A stretch of 50,270 nucleotides of DNA from a virus. The notes beneath the pieces were generated by a model. That model worked only from the letters and a program-made list of their open reading frames with translations. It was not told the DNA's origin and did no database searches. The translations under genes were made by a program, and so were the position numbers. The stretch is from positions 1 to 50,270 of the IMG/VR virus record IMGVR_UViG_3300035130_000222; one strand, 5' to 3'. The stretch's first letter is position 1; every line of letters begins with the position of its first letter. Below are positions 1 to 9,108 of the stretch, in pieces.

Positions 1-135
1 CGTATATTGACCTCTCAACAACTTTAATTTTTTCATTATTTTCACGATAATCTTTCCTTGTTTTAACGAGAGGTCAAAAAGCTTACTATGTAATCGTATA
101 TTGACCTCTCAACAACTTTAATTTTTTTTCATTAT
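1..135. repeat. 94-bp tandem repeat: partial copy 1-33, full copy 34-129 with two extra T, start of another copy 130-135
   Basis: Same unit as 50083-50176 and 50177-50270. Each unit holds a 10-bp inverted repeat GAGAGGTCAA / TTGACCTCTC, e.g. 68-77 and 101-110. Confidence 0.9.
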
Positions 136-150
136 GCATATAAATCTTAG

Positions 151-198
151 ATAATAAAATTTTTTTTTCTATCAAACACTTTTTTTTTTTGCTAAATT
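151..198 (+). promoter_or_regulatory. Conserved late-operon upstream motif, copy A (ATAATAAAATTTTTTTTTCTATC ... T-run ... GCTAAATT)
   Basis: The 23-nt core is identical to 6662-6684, and the same architecture recurs at 49440-49487. Lies about 90 nt upstream of the protease/capsid operon. Confidence 0.55.
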
Positions 199-284
199 CA
201 AAAACTGTTTAATTTTAAATCATTTTAATAATTTGGAAAGATCAAGATAAGAAACCGATAAAATTTGAAGAGGCAAGCGAAAAA

Positions 285-1451
285 ATGTTTTATGACAATC
301 ATAAAAGTAATGATGAATCTGAATATAAGTCTTTTAATTTAGAAATTTTTGATGTTAAAAAAGAAAAAATAACATCAGATGATCAATCAGAAAATGATGA
401 AGAAATGGGTGTTTTTTGGGGATACATGGCAACAGAACATAAAGATCTTGATAATGATATTATCTTGCCTAATGCGTTTGATTTGACGTTAGAAAATTAC
501 AAAAAACAAAAAAAGCCTGTAAAATTGTTTTATCAACATGATACGTTATTTAGCAAACCAATTGGGATAATTCCTATTGATACAATATCAAAAGAAGGTA
601 AATATTGGAAAGTTAAGGGAGAGTTAAACTTAGATACTCAAGATGGAAGAGAAATTTATTCTCTAATGAAGCAAGGTGCGTTATCAGACTTATCAATCGG
701 ATTTTTCCTTAAAGATTTTGAGGAAACAGGATCTGGAATAAGAAAAATCAAAGAATTAGGACTTAAAGAGGTTTCTGTTGTTAATTATCCAGCAAATAGA
801 AAAGCAACAATAAACGAAGTTAAATTACTAGAAGAAAAAGCATCTACATCTTTTAAAGATTTACCGCTTGCTTCACGTGATAAAACGTGGGACTCAGATG
901 CAGCAATGAATCGTATTCGTAAATTTACAGATTCAGAAGAAAAACCAAGTAGCACATATAAAAATGCATTTTTTTGGTTTGATTCTGGAAATAAAGAAAA
1001 ATTTGGATCATATAAATTACCTTATGCTGATGTTGTTGACGGTAAGTTAACAGCTATCCCAAAAGGAATATTTGCTGCTGCTGCTGCAATGAGTGGAGCA
1101 AGAGGAGGTGTTAAATTACCTGATAAAGATATATCAGCAGTTAAAAATCATATAAATAAATACTATAAAAAAATGAATCTTGACAGTCCATTAAAAAATA
1201 AATTTGAAATTGAAGATGTAAAAAACATCAAAACAAAGAAAGAATTTGAAGATATCTTGAGAGAATCAGGAGTCTTTAGTAGACGAGCTGCGCTTTGTCT
1301 TGCTAGTTCGTTTAGTTATAAACAGAGTGATTCTGATTGTGGCTACGAAGACTACGAAGACTACGAAGAAAATTATGATACAGAAAAAAATGAATTAGTT
1401 TATAAAAAATTAGATGAATTAATTCATAATATTAAACAATTGAGAGGATAA
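285..1451 (+). CDS. Prohead maturation protease (HK97/S78-type N-terminal domain) with a long C-terminal extension
   Basis: The N-terminal half has the HK97 prohead-protease pattern (HKDLDNDIILPNAF ... LSIGF ... EVSVVNYPAN). It sits directly upstream of the capsid gene, with SD GAAGAGG. Confidence 0.8.
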   Translation: MFYDNHKSNDESEYKSFNLEIFDVKKEKITSDDQSENDEEMGVFWGYMATEHKDLDNDIILPNAFDLTLENYKKQKKPVKLFYQHDTLFSKPIGIIPIDTISKEGKYWKVKGELNLDTQDGREIYSLMKQGALSDLSIGFFLKDFEETGSGIRKIKELGLKEVSVVNYPANRKATINEVKLLEEKASTSFKDLPLASRDKTWDSDAAMNRIRKFTDSEEKPSSTYKNAFFWFDSGNKEKFGSYKLPYADVVDGKLTAIPKGIFAAAAAMSGARGGVKLPDKDISAVKNHINKYYKKMNLDSPLKNKFEIEDVKNIKTKKEFEDILRESGVFSRRAALCLASSFSYKQSDSDCGYEDYEDYEENYDTEKNELVYKKLDELIHNIKQLRG

Positions 1452-1456
1452 AAATT

Positions 1457-2749
1457 ATGCCAAACGAAATCCAAGAAAAAATGGACACGGCACTAGGTCT
1501 TATTGCTGATATCCAAGAAGTTAATAATCGTAATGCTAAAAATTTTAGTGATTATAACGAACAAATGAAAAAGATGAATGAAGATGTTACAAAAAATCTT
1601 GACGAAGTTAATACTTTAAAATCTGTTCAACAAAAAAATATTGAGCAATTAGAGAAAATTGAAAAGGCTTTATGTAACTTAAATAATTCATCTGGACAAC
1701 AAAACAAAATTTTAGAAGTCAAAACGCGTGATGAATTTACTAATTATTTACGCAAAGGAACTATGTTAAGCGAAGATTCTGTTTTGTATATTGTTGATGA
1801 CATCATTAAAAAAGGATTTATTGGCTTATCAGAAGATAAAAAACAAATGTTCAGGAAAGATTTGCAAGATCAAGTAGATCCAGATGGTGGGTATTGGGTA
1901 AGGCCTGAGATTTCAAATGTTATGATAAAAAGAATATTTGAAACATCTCCAGTTAGGCAAGTTGCATCTACTATTAATATAAGATCTGACGCAGTTGAAT
2001 ATATTGTCGATGATAATGAAGGAGACGGCGGATGGGTTGGAGAAACAGATAGCAGACCAAGTACAACTACACCACAAATAGGTAAACTAACTATTTATGC
2101 ACATGAGCTTTATGCGCAGCCTAAAGTAACTCAAAAAATGCTAGATGATGCTGGTTTTGATATTGAAGCATGGCTGCAAGGAAAAATAGTGCGTAAATTC
2201 ACGCGTTTGGAAAATAATGCATTTGTAGTTGGTAATGGTAATAAAAAACCAAAAGGTTTTTTAAGTTATCCTGCATGGACAACTCCTGGAACTTATGAAC
2301 GCGGTAAACTTGAGCAACTTACAAGTTCGACATCATTAACTTATACTGCTGATGATATTAAAGCTTTGCAAAATGCATTGATTGAAGATTATCAGCCTAA
2401 TGCTGTATGGGCTATGAACAGAACGACTTTTGGTTTAATTACACGTCTAAAAGAAGCTGTAACCGGACAATATTTGTTAGATCCTAATTCATTCAAAGTT
2501 GGCGATACTAAAATATTATTAGGTAGCAATGTTGTGTTTATGCATGATATCCCAACTATTGTAGCAAATTCGTTATCAATAGTTTATGGAGATTTTTCGA
2601 TTGGATATACTATTGTTGATCGCATAGGCGTCAGAATCGTTAGAGATATTTATTTAGCAAAACCATACATTTTGTATTATACGACAAAAAGAGTTGGTGG
2701 AGATGTAACTAATTATGATTCATTAAAAATCGGAAAAGTTAAACCTTAA
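1457..2749 (+). CDS. Major capsid protein, HK97 family
   Basis: N-terminal coiled-coil delta-like region followed by the typical HK97 core (GGYWVRPEIS ... SPVRQVAS ... KVTQKMLDDA). Position immediately after the protease. Confidence 0.85.
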   Translation: MPNEIQEKMDTALGLIADIQEVNNRNAKNFSDYNEQMKKMNEDVTKNLDEVNTLKSVQQKNIEQLEKIEKALCNLNNSSGQQNKILEVKTRDEFTNYLRKGTMLSEDSVLYIVDDIIKKGFIGLSEDKKQMFRKDLQDQVDPDGGYWVRPEISNVMIKRIFETSPVRQVASTINIRSDAVEYIVDDNEGDGGWVGETDSRPSTTTPQIGKLTIYAHELYAQPKVTQKMLDDAGFDIEAWLQGKIVRKFTRLENNAFVVGNGNKKPKGFLSYPAWTTPGTYERGKLEQLTSSTSLTYTADDIKALQNALIEDYQPNAVWAMNRTTFGLITRLKEAVTGQYLLDPNSFKVGDTKILLGSNVVFMHDIPTIVANSLSIVYGDFSIGYTIVDRIGVRIVRDIYLAKPYILYYTTKRVGGDVTNYDSLKIGKVKP

Positions 2750-2790
2750 TTTTTTTAATTTTATTTTAATTTTTTTAGGAGGATATAGAT

Positions 2791-3204
2791 ATGCCACAAC
2801 GAGATATGAGATCTAATGTTGCTAGTGACCTAGGTTTTTACGCAGCAATTAGTACTAATACTACGACAACGGGTCAAATTATAGATACTGCTGATTATGA
2901 TAGTGGTGTTATGTTTAGTTTTGCAGCACTAGCATACACAGACGGAACTTATACGCCGCTAATCACAGAATCTGATAATTCTGGAATGGCTGGCGCAACT
3001 CAAGTTCCTGACACAAATTTGATCGGCACAGAAGCTGCTGCTGCATTAAGTGCTGCAACAACTGTCGGTAGTTCAATGACAACTCTTGGCATTGGTAACA
3101 CAAAACGCTACGTGCAGATTAGTATTGTATCAACCGGTGTAACAACTGGTGCAACAATCACTGCAACAACTAGTAAAATGCCTGAGTTAAAACCTGCTGC
3201 ATAA
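2791..3204 (+). CDS. Small Ala/Thr/Gly-rich head-module protein (possible decoration or accessory protein)
   Basis: Strong SD (TAGGAGG). Its position after the capsid gene and its composition resemble small conserved post-capsid proteins. Function not established. Confidence 0.5.
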   Translation: MPQRDMRSNVASDLGFYAAISTNTTTTGQIIDTADYDSGVMFSFAALAYTDGTYTPLITESDNSGMAGATQVPDTNLIGTEAAAALSAATTVGSSMTTLGIGNTKRYVQISIVSTGVTTGATITATTSKMPELKPAA

Positions 3205-3334
3205 AAAAAAACAATTAATGGGCGAAAATTAAACATATTTATTTTATTTGCCGTTGATAAATTATGGTTAATAATTGCCTATTATTTCATTTTTAAGAAG
3301 CATAAACAAAATGTATAAATAATATGGGGGAAAC

Positions 3335-3616
3335 ATGAAAATAATTTCATTACGGACTGAAAAATGGGCATTTGAACCATGGGAGCCGCCGTTTGAACTA
3401 GAAAAAGATAAGCAATATGATTTACCTGAATCTAAAGCATTGTTACTAATTAAGTATAAATATGCGGAAGAAATCAAAAGTGATGATAGCGTCGAAGAAC
3501 AAAAAATGAACAGTGATGAGCATGAAAATAAAATGTTTAACGTTAAACATGAAGACAAAGGCAATTGCTCTTGCGATGAAGAAAAGCCGCGACGTGGTAG
3601 GCCTCCAAAAAATTAA
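3335..3616 (+). CDS. Hypothetical head-module protein with acidic body and C-terminal AT-hook-like PRRGRPPK
   Basis: SD-like GGGGGAAAC before the ATG and co-oriented in the head operon. RGRP core motif at the C-terminus. Confidence 0.5.
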   Translation: MKIISLRTEKWAFEPWEPPFELEKDKQYDLPESKALLLIKYKYAEEIKSDDSVEEQKMNSDEHENKMFNVKHEDKGNCSCDEEKPRRGRPPKN

Positions 3617-3642
3617 ATGCTAAATGTTAAAAAAGGTTAAAA

Positions 3643-4263
3643 ATGGAAAGAGCATATAGTTATCATATAATTACACCGCCTGCAACGACTCCCGTCACTC
3701 TTGCAGAAGTTAAAGAACATTTAAAGCTTGACCCAACTGATACATCACAAGATACATACTTAACATTTTTGATCAAAGCTGCAACAAAATTTGGTGAAGA
3801 TTATACGCGTAGAATATTTATTAATACAGGTTTCAGAACGTATCGAGATTTTTTTGAGTGTTGTATAAAATTAAGACGATCAAAATTGCAATCACTTGAT
3901 TTATATGAATATTTAGTTGACAGTTTATTTACAACAGTTACATCAACACTATATTATGTAACTGATGAAGTTGATTTTTCTAAAATTGTTTTAAAAAATG
4001 ATCAACATTATCCGATAGATATTGATGAACAATTACAAGCAATTAAAATTGAGTTTACGGCAGGCTATGGCACATCAGAAACTGATGTGCCTGATGACAT
4101 AAGACTTGCTTTGCTCAACCACTTAGCAGCAGTCTACGAAAACAAAGGTGATTGTGATCAAGCATCGATAATGAAATTATTACCTGCTACTAGCAATGCT
4201 ATTTATCAAATGTACCGCATTTACGATTTGGGTGTTTACAGTATCGCAGGAGAATGCGTTTAG
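3643..4263 (+). CDS. Head-tail connector protein (gp6-like)
   Basis: N-terminal pattern LAEVKEHLKLD ... DTYLTFLIKAATKFGEDYTRR is typical of the gp6-like connector family. Gene order fits. Confidence 0.7.
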   Translation: MERAYSYHIITPPATTPVTLAEVKEHLKLDPTDTSQDTYLTFLIKAATKFGEDYTRRIFINTGFRTYRDFFECCIKLRRSKLQSLDLYEYLVDSLFTTVTSTLYYVTDEVDFSKIVLKNDQHYPIDIDEQLQAIKIEFTAGYGTSETDVPDDIRLALLNHLAAVYENKGDCDQASIMKLLPATSNAIYQMYRIYDLGVYSIAGECV

Positions 4264-4336
4264 TTTTCTAAATTTATTAAAAAATGAACAGTTGCATTTT
4301 TTGCAACAGTTCAAAAAAAGCACAAGATGATATAAT

Positions 4337-4744
4337 ATGGCAGATTGTACAAAAATTAGACGCACAAGCAGGCGCATTTGTATTGGCGCTTTAAATCGTA
4401 AAATTATAATAAATGCTCGTCAAATTATGCCCCCATCATCAGGAAGTGTAGATTTTACGGAATCGTTTACAGTTGAAAAAGAAGTGTGGGCGCTTGTCGA
4501 AAGCGTCACAGGAAAAACAATTTTTGATAGCACAAATACTGAACAAGTTGTTACGCATAATGTATATATAAGATATCTTGTTAATATAACACCTGAAAAA
4601 TGGTTAAAATTTTTAGCTATTAATGGCACAGACGATGTTTATTTAAACATTTTGCGCGTTGAAAATTTAGATGAAGGCAATAAATTTTACAAAATGACGT
4701 GTAATTTGCGTGGAACTGTAGATTTACAAGTAAATGAAGCATAA
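4337..4744 (+). CDS. Head closure / head-tail adaptor protein (HK97 gp7 / SPP1 gp16-like)
   Basis: Size, position, and the motifs GALNRKIIIN ... VWALVESVTG ... THNVYIRY. Confidence 0.65.
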   Translation: MADCTKIRRTSRRICIGALNRKIIINARQIMPPSSGSVDFTESFTVEKEVWALVESVTGKTIFDSTNTEQVVTHNVYIRYLVNITPEKWLKFLAINGTDDVYLNILRVENLDEGNKFYKMTCNLRGTVDLQVNEA

Positions 4745-4808
4745 TTATGGTATAAAATAAGTTTAATTGTGAACTTTATGAAATAGCGGCAAGCGTCAAA
4801 GGATATTT

Positions 4809-5297
4809 ATGTTTGCAGTATGGGCAGACCCAAAAAATAAAGCTGTTGAAGTGCAAATCAGCAAACTTGCATTAACTCAACATCGTGCAATCAGACAAGC
4901 ATTTTATCGTATTGGTAAAGATTTAATCAAGGAATCAAAAAAAATGATACTTGCAAAGCCAAAGCACGGTCGTCTTTATAAATTGAGACGAAAAAAACAA
5001 ACTGTTTTGCATAGAGCATCAAGAGCTGGTGAAGCACCAGCAAGCTTTACAGGATCATTGTGGAAATCATTGGATTTTGACGTAATAGGATCAGATAAAA
5101 TGCAATTTGGCGCAAAACAAGAATTTCAGAATCGCAAAGGAAATCCCAAAGGCGTCACATATGCTAAATATTTGGAGAACGGAACATATAAAATGGCTCA
5201 AAGGCCATATTTGATCACGTCAATCAAAAAAAATCAAAGAAATATTAGAAATCATTTCGAATCAAAATTAAAACAATATTTAACTAAAAAAGTATAA
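4809..5297 (+). CDS. HK97 gp10-like neck / tail-completion protein
   Basis: Motif HRASRAGEAPASFTGSLWKSL is characteristic of the HK97 gp10 family. Position fits. Confidence 0.75.
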   Translation: MFAVWADPKNKAVEVQISKLALTQHRAIRQAFYRIGKDLIKESKKMILAKPKHGRLYKLRRKKQTVLHRASRAGEAPASFTGSLWKSLDFDVIGSDKMQFGAKQEFQNRKGNPKGVTYAKYLENGTYKMAQRPYLITSIKKNQRNIRNHFESKLKQYLTKKV

Positions 5298-5313
5298 AAA
5301 AGGTAAAAATAAT

Positions 5314-6405
5314 ATGAGATCATTGGATATAATTAAGCAATTACGTATAAATTTACCAAAATATACAAATTATTTTACAGATGAAATTAGTATTGTACAG
5401 ATAACAAGCAGTGGTTTGGTTGCAACTGTCGAAACAAGCGCAGCACATGGATTAATCACTGGTAATTATGTACACATTTCAGGAACTTTAGTCCCTAATG
5501 ATATAATTTTGCTTGAAAGTGACGATCATGGAATAGCAACAGCAACAACATCAAATGATCATGATCAAACAGAATCATTGCCTAATCAAACATTTAATAT
5601 CGAAATTATCGATGCAGATCAATCTGAATATAACGGTAGTCATGAGTTGTTAACCGTATCTAATAGAAGAAATATTACATATTCAATTGAAGGAACACCG
5701 ATAACTCCAGCAACTGGAGCAGCAAAATTATTAGAAGATTTAAAATACGGGTATAACGGTTGGCATCAAATAACTTATGTTGACGACACACATTTTACAT
5801 TTTCAATCCAAAAAGTTTTAGGATCTCCTGCATATGGAACTCCTATTTGTCGCGTACAACCAAGGATATCTGGAGGTGTAGATATTGATCGAATTTTAGA
5901 TGGATACACAAAACAAGATCCTAATAAATTGTGGGCTTTTTCTGTTTTGAGCAATAGAGTTGCAAATAAAGATCGTCAAACTATGACTGATGCAACAGTA
6001 AGTCCTGGAAAAGCTGAGGCATATAGACAATTAGTTATTCAACCAATCAGTATATATGTTCCAATTCCAGCGACGACAGAAATTGCAGCACGCGCAGCTC
6101 GTGATTTGGCAGACGAATTGCTACCTTTTTTGTGCAGAAGTTTATTAAGAACACGATTACCTTCAGGATTTGATCAACCTCCATATAGTGGTATTGTTTT
6201 TAGTGGAGATAATTTTTTTATTTATAACCATGCTTATTATGTACATGAGTTTACATTTGAAACAACTGAATATATCACATATTATGATACTATTGATGAC
6301 GGAAGAGGAGTTGCTTTTAGAGATATTGATGTTAATTATCTAAGTAGTTTCAACGATGAAATATTTATGACTGATTCGATTAATTTAGATGATATACCTT
6401 TATAA
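5314..6405 (+). CDS. Virion structural protein of unknown role, last gene of the head/neck operon
   Basis: Operon context. Carries a domain (ATVETS..HGL..G..V.ISG ... SEYNG ... TPATG) that is also present in the baseplate J-like protein. Confidence 0.5.
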   Translation: MRSLDIIKQLRINLPKYTNYFTDEISIVQITSSGLVATVETSAAHGLITGNYVHISGTLVPNDIILLESDDHGIATATTSNDHDQTESLPNQTFNIEIIDADQSEYNGSHELLTVSNRRNITYSIEGTPITPATGAAKLLEDLKYGYNGWHQITYVDDTHFTFSIQKVLGSPAYGTPICRVQPRISGGVDIDRILDGYTKQDPNKLWAFSVLSNRVANKDRQTMTDATVSPGKAEAYRQLVIQPISIYVPIPATTEIAARAARDLADELLPFLCRSLLRTRLPSGFDQPPYSGIVFSGDNFFIYNHAYYVHEFTFETTEYITYYDTIDDGRGVAFRDIDVNYLSSFNDEIFMTDSINLDDIPL

Positions 6406-6450
6406 TATCTTTTTTATTATCAAAAGCAATTATTGATGTTTTTATTATCA

Positions 6451-6488
6451 TTTTGACCATTTTTCCCATATGGTGAAAATGGTCAAAA
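6451..6488. repeat. 38-nt near-perfect palindrome (13-bp arms TTTTGACCATTTT / AAAATGGTCAAAA around CCATATGG)
   Basis: Read directly. Lies 46 nt after the stop of 5314-6405, in the 600-nt head-tail intergenic region. Confidence 0.85.
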
Positions 6489-6661
6489 TTGCATATAAAA
6501 GTGGGTGGCGACGAAATGTACGTTACATATTGCAAAAACATTACTTAACTAGTAATTTCATATCTTCAATTCATCATTGCTTGTTAACAGCAATAAAACG
6601 TAGCCATAATTAATCAATAATATATAATTAATTTTTAAAAAGAATAGCAATTTTAAATTAT

Positions 6662-6710
6662 ATAATAAAATTTTTTTTTCTATCTAATCCATTTTTTTTC
6701 TGTTAAATTT
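6662..6710 (+). promoter_or_regulatory. Conserved late-operon upstream motif, copy B
   Basis: 23-nt core identical to 151-173, followed by a T-run and GTTAAATT. Upstream of the tail operon. Confidence 0.55.
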
Positions 6711-6762
6711 TTGTATAAATTTTGATTATTATTTTATTTTAGCTAACAAAATATTTTAAATT

Positions 6763-6999
6763 ATGAATGATTTTCTAAGAAAGTATAAATTTCCTCTTGT
6801 TGTCAAATTAAATATTGACTTACTTAATTATAAAAAAGGTCAAAAATTGACTCTTACAAAAGATAATTCTGGAATAAAAATAACATCATATTGGCTTAAA
6901 AGACTTAAAGATTCAAAAATTGATAATTGCTTAACTATTTGTGATTCAGTGGTTAGAAGCATAAAAAATGAAAATCCTAAAAATATAAAATCTAAATAG
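6763..6999 (+). CDS. Hypothetical small basic protein
   Basis: Open frame between the late motif and the sheath gene. No clear SD and no recognisable motif. Confidence 0.3.
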   Translation: MNDFLRKYKFPLVVKLNIDLLNYKKGQKLTLTKDNSGIKITSYWLKRLKDSKIDNCLTICDSVVRSIKNENPKNIKSK

Positions 7000-7009
7000 A
7001 GGTAGAAAC

Positions 7010-8569
7010 ATGGCGATTTCAAATCCATCTGTAAATATTCAAATTTTACCTGCGACTCAAGTTGCACAAAATGAAGCACAAAAAATTTTATTTCTTGGCC
7101 AAAAACTTGCTGCTGGAACAGCTCCTGCTGGTGATTTAGTAGAAAATATTGATAATTCTAATGAGCAAAATACATTGTTTGGAGAAGGGTCGATATTAGC
7201 AACAATGATTACAGCAGCAAAAGCATATAATAAAATATCACGTTTTGATGCAATTCCGATTGACGATGATGGTAGTGCAAATGACGCGACTGGTGTTGTT
7301 GCTTTCAGCGGTGCGCCAACAGCAGCTGGAAGTATTTTGATCACTATAGGGAGTGAATTAAATCATACGTATACAGTATCAATTGTAACAACAGATACAC
7401 CAACAACAATTGGTGACAAATTAGTGACATTAATTACTGCTGATACTAGCTGTCCTGTAACTGCTGTAAATGTAACAGGAACTGTTACTTTAACTGCAAA
7501 AAATGGAGGTCTTGAGGGTAATTTTATATCATTAAGATATAGCGGAACAGTAGCTGGTGTTACGACTACTCTTACAGCATTTAGCGGTGGTGCTAATAAC
7601 CCTTCATTAGATAATGTATTAGATGTTGTTGCAAATTTACGTTATCAAACTATTGTTTTTCCATCAACTTATCTTATAAATGATACTAATAATAATATTA
7701 TCACTTTTTTAAATAATAGATTTAACATATCTGGAGATAAAATCTTAGACGGCGTTGGAATAATGGCTGTAACAGATACAGAAGCAAACTTAAAAGCAGC
7801 TACTTATGGCAATAACAGTCAAAACGTTACTTTTATAGCAAACAGAACTGTTCCAACTGATGCTGCAAGAAAAGGTTCTTCTTTAGTTGAGCTTGATTAT
7901 GTAATTGCATCTCAATTTGCAGCAATTAGAGCTTTGAGATTAACAACTGATGCTCCTATTGCAAATTATGTATATGCATCACAATCTGCAAATGATAATT
8001 ACGGCGGGATACATATATCAACATTACCTTATCACAATACTCCGTTTGTAAATTTACCTTTAATTGATAACGACTTGATGTGGCTTGATTCAGAAAGATC
8101 AGAATTAAAAGAAGCAGGTTGGACTATATTGGGTAACAATGTAGGAAATACATCAATAATTGCTGATAGTGTTGTAACTAGATATAAACAAGATGCTGCA
8201 GGAGATACAGATTTAAGTTATAAATATTTAAACTATGTAGATCAAGCATCAAATGTTCGCGAATATTTTCATAATAATTTAAAAACAGCATTTAGACAAA
8301 CAAGATTATCATTAGGAGATTTGGTTCCTGGTTATAATATGGCTAACGAAGGTATTATAAGGTCTGAATGCATGAAATTATATGCTGAATTAGCTGATTT
8401 AGCGCTTGTTCCAGCTGGAGAAACTGCAATTAAATTATTTAGAGATAATTTAACTATTACTATAACAGAAATCGAAGGAAAAGTTACTATTGTTATGCTT
8501 GATCCTGTTGTTACGCAATTACGTCAAATAGTTGCAACAATGCAATTAACATTTTCTTTAAATAGTTAA
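7010..8569 (+). CDS. Tail sheath protein
   Basis: About 520 aa. First gene of the tail operon, followed by a tube-sized gene, a chaperone pair and the tape measure. SD AGAGGTAG. Confidence 0.7.
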   Translation: MAISNPSVNIQILPATQVAQNEAQKILFLGQKLAAGTAPAGDLVENIDNSNEQNTLFGEGSILATMITAAKAYNKISRFDAIPIDDDGSANDATGVVAFSGAPTAAGSILITIGSELNHTYTVSIVTTDTPTTIGDKLVTLITADTSCPVTAVNVTGTVTLTAKNGGLEGNFISLRYSGTVAGVTTTLTAFSGGANNPSLDNVLDVVANLRYQTIVFPSTYLINDTNNNIITFLNNRFNISGDKILDGVGIMAVTDTEANLKAATYGNNSQNVTFIANRTVPTDAARKGSSLVELDYVIASQFAAIRALRLTTDAPIANYVYASQSANDNYGGIHISTLPYHNTPFVNLPLIDNDLMWLDSERSELKEAGWTILGNNVGNTSIIADSVVTRYKQDAAGDTDLSYKYLNYVDQASNVREYFHNNLKTAFRQTRLSLGDLVPGYNMANEGIIRSECMKLYAELADLALVPAGETAIKLFRDNLTITITEIEGKVTIVMLDPVVTQLRQIVATMQLTFSLNS

Positions 8570-8617
8570 AAATATTTAAAAATCTAATAAAAAATAGATA
8601 ATTTTGAGGTAAATATA

Positions 8618-9022
8618 ATGACAGAATTAATACAAAAAGTTTTATCAAATCCAACTATTAGAATAGATAATATTGTTATTGTTCCAAAAGCAAATACAAC
8701 TATGATTAATAATGGTTTTGGTGAAAAAAAAGTTACTGGTATATCAAGTGGTGGAGGAACATCAGGGATAGCTGTATCTGAAGATGTATCAACACGAATA
8801 GGTAAAATAAAATTTGCATTATTTACTACTCCTCAAAATTTAGAATATTTGCGAACATGGCAATCTGTTGATATAGCTGTTGGCGTATCTATTTCAGTAT
8901 CTGAAGGTACTTTTAGTGTAAGTGGGCAAAATTGCGTTGTTATAAATAATCCTGATGCTAATATTGGCGTTGATGAATCTTTCGAAGTTGAGTTTCATTG
9001 CAGACAACTCGTTCAAAGCTGA
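8618..9022 (+). CDS. Tail tube protein
   Basis: 134 aa, immediately after the sheath gene, with SD GAGGT. Call rests on gene order. Confidence 0.65.
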   Translation: MTELIQKVLSNPTIRIDNIVIVPKANTTMINNGFGEKKVTGISSGGGTSGIAVSEDVSTRIGKIKFALFTTPQNLEYLRTWQSVDIAVGVSISVSEGTFSVSGQNCVVINNPDANIGVDESFEVEFHCRQLVQS

Positions 9023-9108
9023 TATTAATACAAATTCATCACTTTATTTTTATTATTTTTATCAATTATATTAATTATAATTATAATATTATTATTTAGG
9101 AGGTTTAT

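Noticed and set aside
3268-3564. Minus-strand 98-aa ORF overlapping 3335-3616.
   Set aside because: Its Ser/Leu/Phe-rich low-complexity product is typical of the antisense frame of an acidic, Lys-rich gene. It runs against the direction of the whole head operon and has no SD.
7057-7344. Minus-strand 95-aa ORF inside the sheath gene, and similar antisense ORFs at 4180-4377, 4420-4629, 13727-13951, 15556-15780, 19126-19377, 24761-25185, 26760-27046, 28503-29234, 43474-43665, 48155-48346 and 48782-49009.
   Set aside because: All are embedded antisense or out of frame in longer genes with recognisable homology or operon context. None has an SD or an independent motif.
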